Of a stretch of DNA of 64,000 nt, positions 57,301 through 64,000 are shown piece after piece (positions within the stretch are counted from its first letter, which is position 1; every line of letters starts with the position of its first letter). The stretch is from Phoronis australis (Eukaryota; Animalia; Phoronida). The DNA is taken from the NCBI GenBank assembly GCA_002633005.1, contig NMRA01000220.1, positions 1-64,000 of the forward strand, read 5' to 3'. The position numbers and the translations under genes were made by a program. The notes below the pieces were generated by a model. It was not told where the DNA came from, made no database searches, and was given only the letters and a program-made list of their open reading frames with translations.

Positions 57301-60300
57301 TTAACTATCGAGTGTTTTTAACGTCGAAAGATTAAAAACGGCTTTTCAGCTTAGAATATAAAACTCGCAGAAGATAATTGGGCTGTACATTCGAACTTCA
57401 TTTTTCTATTCCATGATATTCGCTTCAATTAGCTGAATTAGTTTGAATATTTAAATGTAGTTCAGCGTGATGATATAGTTGTGCTCATACACACTATTGA
57501 AAAGCTTTGTTGTAATAACCTTTAATTACTTAAAGGCTAAAGTAGCTCATACTAGGTTCAGTTGCACCAGCCTAACGGGAGTAAGGAGGTGTCGTCATCC
57601 ATTGGATAAATAGTGGTAAGTCGTAAATTCAGTGCCGACAGACCTAAAAATAGGCGGGTGGCCCGGTGCTTTCTGTGGTGCACCGGGCGTGCTCCGGCCT
57701 CACAGTTGGGCCCATTACACTGAACTCAACTAGGTACAGGAGTACATGTCATCAGCAACATATGGGGGTATTTTTCATATTTTGATGTCAGTTTACTCAT
57801 TGTAAGAATAATGACTCTTTTGTAAGGACTCGAAAAACAGTTTACTGGATGGTGATAACATCTAAGGAGTAAATAAGCTATATGTGACTGACAAGACGTT
57901 TTAATTTCAACTTTAGAGACTCCGCACTTATGTAGGTTCTTTCCGCACTATTTCTTTTGCTGAACTCATTGTGGTGTTCAGTAATTTATTTCATATTCAC
58001 CGTTCGATGCGAATGATAATCAGTTAATGTTTAGATGTAAATGTATCTCTTTTCTACTATGAATTCAGGTTCCACAAGCCCATGAGTATGTAGCTAGCGC
58101 AGATGGGATCGACGTGCCTCTCAGATTAGCGTTTTTTTTCGTGACGGGATTCGTACCCCAAACGAAAGTTGCCATTTTCCAACATATTTCTTTTCGAAAG
58201 GATTCACTTGATTTGTTAGGAGCTCTATTCAAAAGGGTCCATTTTGACAGTAGCACTTTAAATAAGAGTTCTGATGAGTATTAAATAGGTTTGCTGGGTT
58301 AAAGACTATAGTTCACTCGATTGTCTAGTAAATTTTAACTCAATAAAGATGCAATTTGTAGCTACAAAGGATGACTTTTTTCATAGACCCGCTGCAAATG
58401 GGCCCCTATTAATCATGCCAACTCTCTATAAGGATTGGTTCTTATTAAGACAACTCTCTACAACAAGAGATATCCATACTTCCCAGGGACACAAAACATT
58501 ACGGAGTTTTCACCCAACCTTTCACTTGTGACCACTTGTCATGTTTTTGCCAGGGCGGAAAGAAATTAAAAGCCACACCTGTTCCTGAAACAAAAATAAG
58601 AAAACACGTCGTCTGAATCTTAAGTTAAAAATCAATGGCAAAGTTTATACTGCTCATAACAGAGTACGCACTTGGCACACTATACAAAAAGCAGCTTCCA
58701 ATAAGAACATAACTGCAAAGATTTTGATGTCCCCTCCGTTACGACCATTTTGCCGTTTTGCACAATAAACATCGTTTTATAGTGTCAGAAACTTCAAGTA
58801 TTGTACTTTTTTATTAAATAATAAAAATTCTGTGTTTTGCAGAAGAACCAGTCTGAAACCAAGTTTTTCGAAAAATTATTTTAATTTTTCTATGCTCGTT
58901 TTACTGTGGAAACTTCCTTTGAGACCTGTTCCGCTGAAGCCATGATTTTTAACGGTCACTGCTGCTTTAAAGTAGATGCTGACAACATGACAAAATAAGG
59001 CACTTTTCAAGATGTTGGTTTTTGACCAAACTAGCTGTAGAAAACTGAGGACGATTGTTGATAACACATTGTATTTACATGTAAGCCTATACTATGTCCA
59101 ACAGTTAGATGGTTCGGCCCATCTTTAACAAATAAAGGTTTTAGTAGTGTGACGATTAACTGATTTACCATCGAAAACTGTGAACATTGTACATACGTAA
59201 ATACAATATTATTAAATATTATCAGCAATCGTTCTCAGTTTTCTACTGATAAGATACTTTTGTGTCACTTAGACATTGAAAATCATGAATTGAGAAGTAG
59301 TATACGTCGTCACGATTTTTGATACCATTTCCGCCCACCATAGTTTCACGTTATACAAGACGGGGACCCTGTGGCTGTCGGACGGGGCCTGTAGTTTGGG
59401 CAAAACTTTGTCATTTGGAAATTGTTGTCAGACCTCCTCGCCACGAGATTCACCTTCACCAGTGACCTGTTCACGATCATAGATTTGAGCTTGTGCGGTT
59501 GTTTTGACGTGCACATGGTCTTCTGTAGATGGAGGGGGGGGGGGGGNTATGACTAACTTACGAGCCTTAAAACACCTGGGGGGACGTTAATGAGTCAGCA
59601 ATTTTATGCAGATAAACATTAGAATACCAACCTGTTATCACTTTTAGGAGATTAGTCAAGTAAAACTTGACCAAGGAAATCGCTGTTAGACCTATACGAC
59701 ATCTGATCTGGCGTTGAATTTCGAATAAAAAGCTTGCACTCACCCAAATCCTATTGAAATTCATTAACGTACCTAGGCCTACACGAAAATACCTCCAGTA
59801 TGACATAGTTAGGAAAGGATAAGCATAGTGAACAACAAAACTTTACAAGTTTGATTAAAGAAAGGCCGAGATACCGAAACATTAGACAAACAAACTATTC
59901 AACGGAAAAATTCAAGGCTCTCTAACAGCCTGGTTGAATATTTCAGAAGGCAATTTAGGATTTTATTGGAAAACATTAGGAATGTCTAGGAAGATTTTCA
60001 GGAAAATAAAGAAAATTTTAGGAAACACTGCACGATTGCCTGGTTTGGTGGGCAGCCAATACCCCCAAAAACTTCAACCTACTTGAACGACAGTCTCGCA
60101 TAGAGATCGCAGACAAGCACTGAACATTCTATCATATTGGAGAAACTAGGTGTAGCCGACGCCTAAAGAACAGCGCACACCTTGAAGTGGTTGCTACGCC
60201 TTGCAAGATGCATGTCTTGCTCGCAAAACAGACACGTCGGGTTTCACTGGTTTATTAATTCTAGTCTCTACGTTACAATGAACATGCACACTTGACATTC

Positions 60301-63300
60301 GCAACATCACGAACAGTTGCACAGACACAGTCGGAGCAGAACCGTAAAAAAGTTGCTGATGTCTCGCACGACGTGGCACTAATGACGTTCAAAATCCCGC
60401 CTCAAGCTCAACTTGACGCGGCAAACGCACGTTCAGGGTAGACCCCCCAACCATTCAAAAGTCACTGACATGCAAATTATTATTCAGGGCAGCGCTCGCT
60501 TGGCTTATACATGTACCAGTTGAGTGAGTTGCTCAGACGAGACAATAGATGTCCTACCGTTATGCGCCTTAATATAACACGGAATCAGCTCAGTGGGGTG
60601 TACATCTAGCATCATTTGCACACTCTGACAAGAAACGCCTTGACTTTGGCCTAAACAAAGTGGAACACTGGTACTCTCTTAAAATTGAGGACGTTCATTA
60701 CACCAAGACAACTTGCTGGCAGTACGCAGCATGATAATGGCCAACAGTTATCGTGTTTACGATGCAAGTCCAAATCTGGAATGCCAAATGCTGCAACAAA
60801 CTTTTGTTTGTAAATTGTGAACTGACAGGTTTAATAGTAACATAAATGTGTTTACACTGTAGCGACAAATTTACACGCCACATAAACAAAGAAAAATAAA
60901 AATAATTAACACGAAAATTATCAAAATTGTCAGAAAGTTATGAAATTTTATTTAAGCTGGATACCTGGGGGCGTTCATATTGCAAATCCGTAATCTCCAG
61001 CATTCACGTCTTGATAAGTCCTAGCATTGCCGACAGCATACTTGGATTTGAATTTTGCTGGTTACTAAAATGGCACCTTATGAATATACGCCCTGGGCTT
61101 ATATACCCAAATCACGCGCAGAACATCATTTAGAAAAATGCGTGTCAGCCTACTAGTTACGTGCCACACACCACGTTACGCTGTATTGCGGCCGTTGTTC
61201 ATTGTGCACTAAGTAACCAAATGCAACGTACAAACAACGTAACCAGTCATTTTCCCTCACGAAGACAACTCTTTTCCCGCGAACCAGTATTCATTTTACT
61301 GTCATACAGGAGGCATGAAATAAGCACGTGCTTGGCACAGTATATAAACAACTTCTGTGCACTGCAGCTGGGTACACAGGAACAATACTTTTCAAAACAT
61401 CGAGAGATAACTCGATGTAATTTTGTAGAAAAACGACGAGAACCTACGCAAGATACACGAGGGAGGAAAACTGGGGCATCCTAACATGGAACGATTGTAC
61501 CAAGAACACCGACTCACCTTATCGGAGGTACAGCTGTAGCACGGCGTTTAGACTAAGTGTGAAAACTTTCCAACGTTAGTTGATAATACCTGGGAATTCC
61601 ATTGTTGACTAAGCTTACGACCGGTTTGTTACGTCAGATACTTTGACATTGCTGGCACCTCACATGTTTTCAGGAGGTCTCTCCTTCGACGTATGATAAG
61701 ATTACACAAAGTGGCCATATATGCACTGCTACTAGTTTTGATATCTGAAGTATTTGTGTACTTAATGCTGGTATTCCAAATGTATTTCTGTCAATTATGT
61801 AAGAAACGAGCTTAGGAAGCTGCTATTACGTAGGCTCAAACGGCAAATTTTCTGTATCAGTTTTAGGATAATACTTGTAAATTTTGAAAATTCTTGAAAT
61901 CTACGAACAAGCTCACTATTTAGTTTATTAATCAATTTATACGACTTCGGTACCATTGTTGCAAGATCATCGTACGATTCAACTTCCAGAACCTTGTTTT
62001 TCTGCAGCGCGGCGTCGCAAGACAAATGTCACTGCGAATACACAACTGACAGAGGCTTTAGTGAACGAATCCCTAGTGTGACAAAAATCTCAATCCAAGT
62101 CAACAAAGAAAAAATCTCAATCATTATCTTATCGTATTGAGTTTGTGAAACATTTGCAAGATATCCCCAGCTAGACAAGGTCGCGAGAAAGATAAACGCT
62201 GAAAATGCAAATAAGAACCCACAACAAGACCGACGTGTCTGTATAAATCTCAGTTTAAGTCCATGCGCAGCATGGCGTAATACTCTCATTGGCTCAATTT
62301 CCTTGTATTTCAAATACATGCATCTCGATCCACCTTCCTCAGTTGGAAAACCAGTCACTAAAAAACACAAGCCAATATTCTAGAAGCAACAGGAATACCG
62401 TTTTACTGTCATCCAAAGCAATGAATGCTCGCAATGAAATTTTTATACTATCAAGGTTATGTAGGACCCTAAAAAGTGTTCAATTTTGGCCAACTTTAAA
62501 ACATCACACCTCAGAAGTGGCGTAACAGATTTATGCTTCATGCATTTTTCTCCAAAACGCTATTAGCAATTGTTCTTTAAATGTTCCAGTTTTGCATGAG
62601 AGACTATAGAAAATAGGACTTACACGATTTTGATTTAAAAATAAAATGAAACTGCATGAAAAGAAAACGAAACTATAATTTAGAAAACTGTAATAGAGTT
62701 CTTGAGATTTTATCTTCAACATTTTTATCATGCGAAATTTGGTCATATAATTGATCCTGTTGTTTTGTTATGAAAAAATATATCTCGTTTTTTTACTAAA
62801 ATTTACTAAAAAGCATGGTCAAGTGAACTTATTGGAGGCAAATTGGTATTAAGTCAACTATAACACTCTACGGTATTTATGCTTTCAGAAAAGATAAAAC
62901 TTTTGTTGAGTTATACTACAACTGGCTAAATGTACCGACTTGTCGATAAGGTCCCACATAAAGTTATGATTATCTAGTACCTTACTAAACGACCTTAACT
63001 CTAAGTCGAATATCGAAAAATCTGCGCTTTGTCAACCATTAAAAGTATATATTTTCTGAAAGGAGAAAGATCGAGAATTCCAAAAATAAGCTTCTTACTA
63101 CTGTGCCTTTATCATTGTCACGTAACCACGTTTTTAAGTCGAATTTCATTTGCAAAAAAGGTGCATCCGATTTTACTAAAATTTTTCTTAATGAAACTTT
63201 TACGTTATGTCTCAAAAACGCTGTTAGGATTTTGTCTAGTTTTTTACAAAAATGCCTTGTGTTTTGTTAGTTAATTTGGCACAAAATCCGAAGTACGTGG

Positions 63301-64000
63301 TAGCAGAACATACAAATGACGCGATTCGCAAAATGTCTCCACACTACGCCTGACTACAGAGGTACCAAGGCCTGACCGAGGCAAAGCAAATTACCTAGAA
63401 TGTCTTAGCTCAGCCGAGTCCATGAAGGCGCTATAGAAGGGACGAAGATGGGTCATATTTCAGCCAATAAAAACTCTTCAGTGAATGTTGCTAAGCCAAT
63501 GAAATTACATGTTTTATGTTGGTTAGTTATCCATCGTATCCATTAAATCTCGTCCACCGTGCAAGGTCTTATCCTGCATATATAACCATGCAGACTATGT
63601 ATATAACGGTAGGACATCTATTGTCTCGTTTGAATAACTCACTACACTGTGACATGTGTACTCCTAGCGAGCATTGCCGCTCTAAATAGTAATTTGCATG
63701 GGTCAGTGGCTTTTGAAGGACTGCTTCAACCCTGAACCCGCGTTTGTGTCAAGTTGAGCTTGAGGCGGGATTTTGAACATCATTCGGCGAGCGACGTCGT
63801 CACCCGTTCCCAACACCGTAACTCTGTTCAAGAGTCAATTAAATGCAAGCCGTTACATGCTTGAACCAAAGTTGTATTTGGAATACAGAGAAAATGTGTT
63901 ACTTTTGCTAAAAACTTCACAAAGAGGCCATTTGGCTATGCTAATTTTTCAAAATCAACAAAAATTAAAGTAAGTATACAAAATTTGACTTACCCTTCTG

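Noticed and set aside
59428-59522. Possible terminal exon (DHVHVKTTAQAQIYDREQVTGEGESRGEEV*) on the minus strand
   Set aside because: No upstream exons could be linked, and it lies next to a G-run and an N.

Overview
AT-rich, intron-rich eukaryotic DNA, probably from a marine invertebrate (lophotrochozoan/mollusc-like repeats; the organism is inferred, not determined). I reconstructed four spliced genes by hand from GT-AG sites and phase continuity: PRR11 (- strand, 8 coding exons, ~335 aa), SKA2 (+ strand, 9 exons, ~252 aa), an FBXO39-like F-box/LRR gene (- strand, 4 exons, ~460 aa) and a divergent SLC15A4-like POT transporter (- strand, 10 exons, ~632 aa). There is also an orphan single-exon type I membrane protein ORF (- strand, 394 aa). 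PRR11 and SKA2 lie head-to-head across a compact promoter with CCAAT, CHR-like and ETS motifs, the same arrangement as in human. This SKA2 carries a Ska1-like C-terminal domain that human SKA2 lacks. Introns hold many non-autonomous DNA transposons, including a Helentron-type HINE with four co-oriented CTCF-like motifs. A 1.2 kb tandem duplication joined at a single N is probably an assembly artefact. Most short ORFs in the supplied track are noise. Homology calls come from remembered protein sequences, not from database searches.
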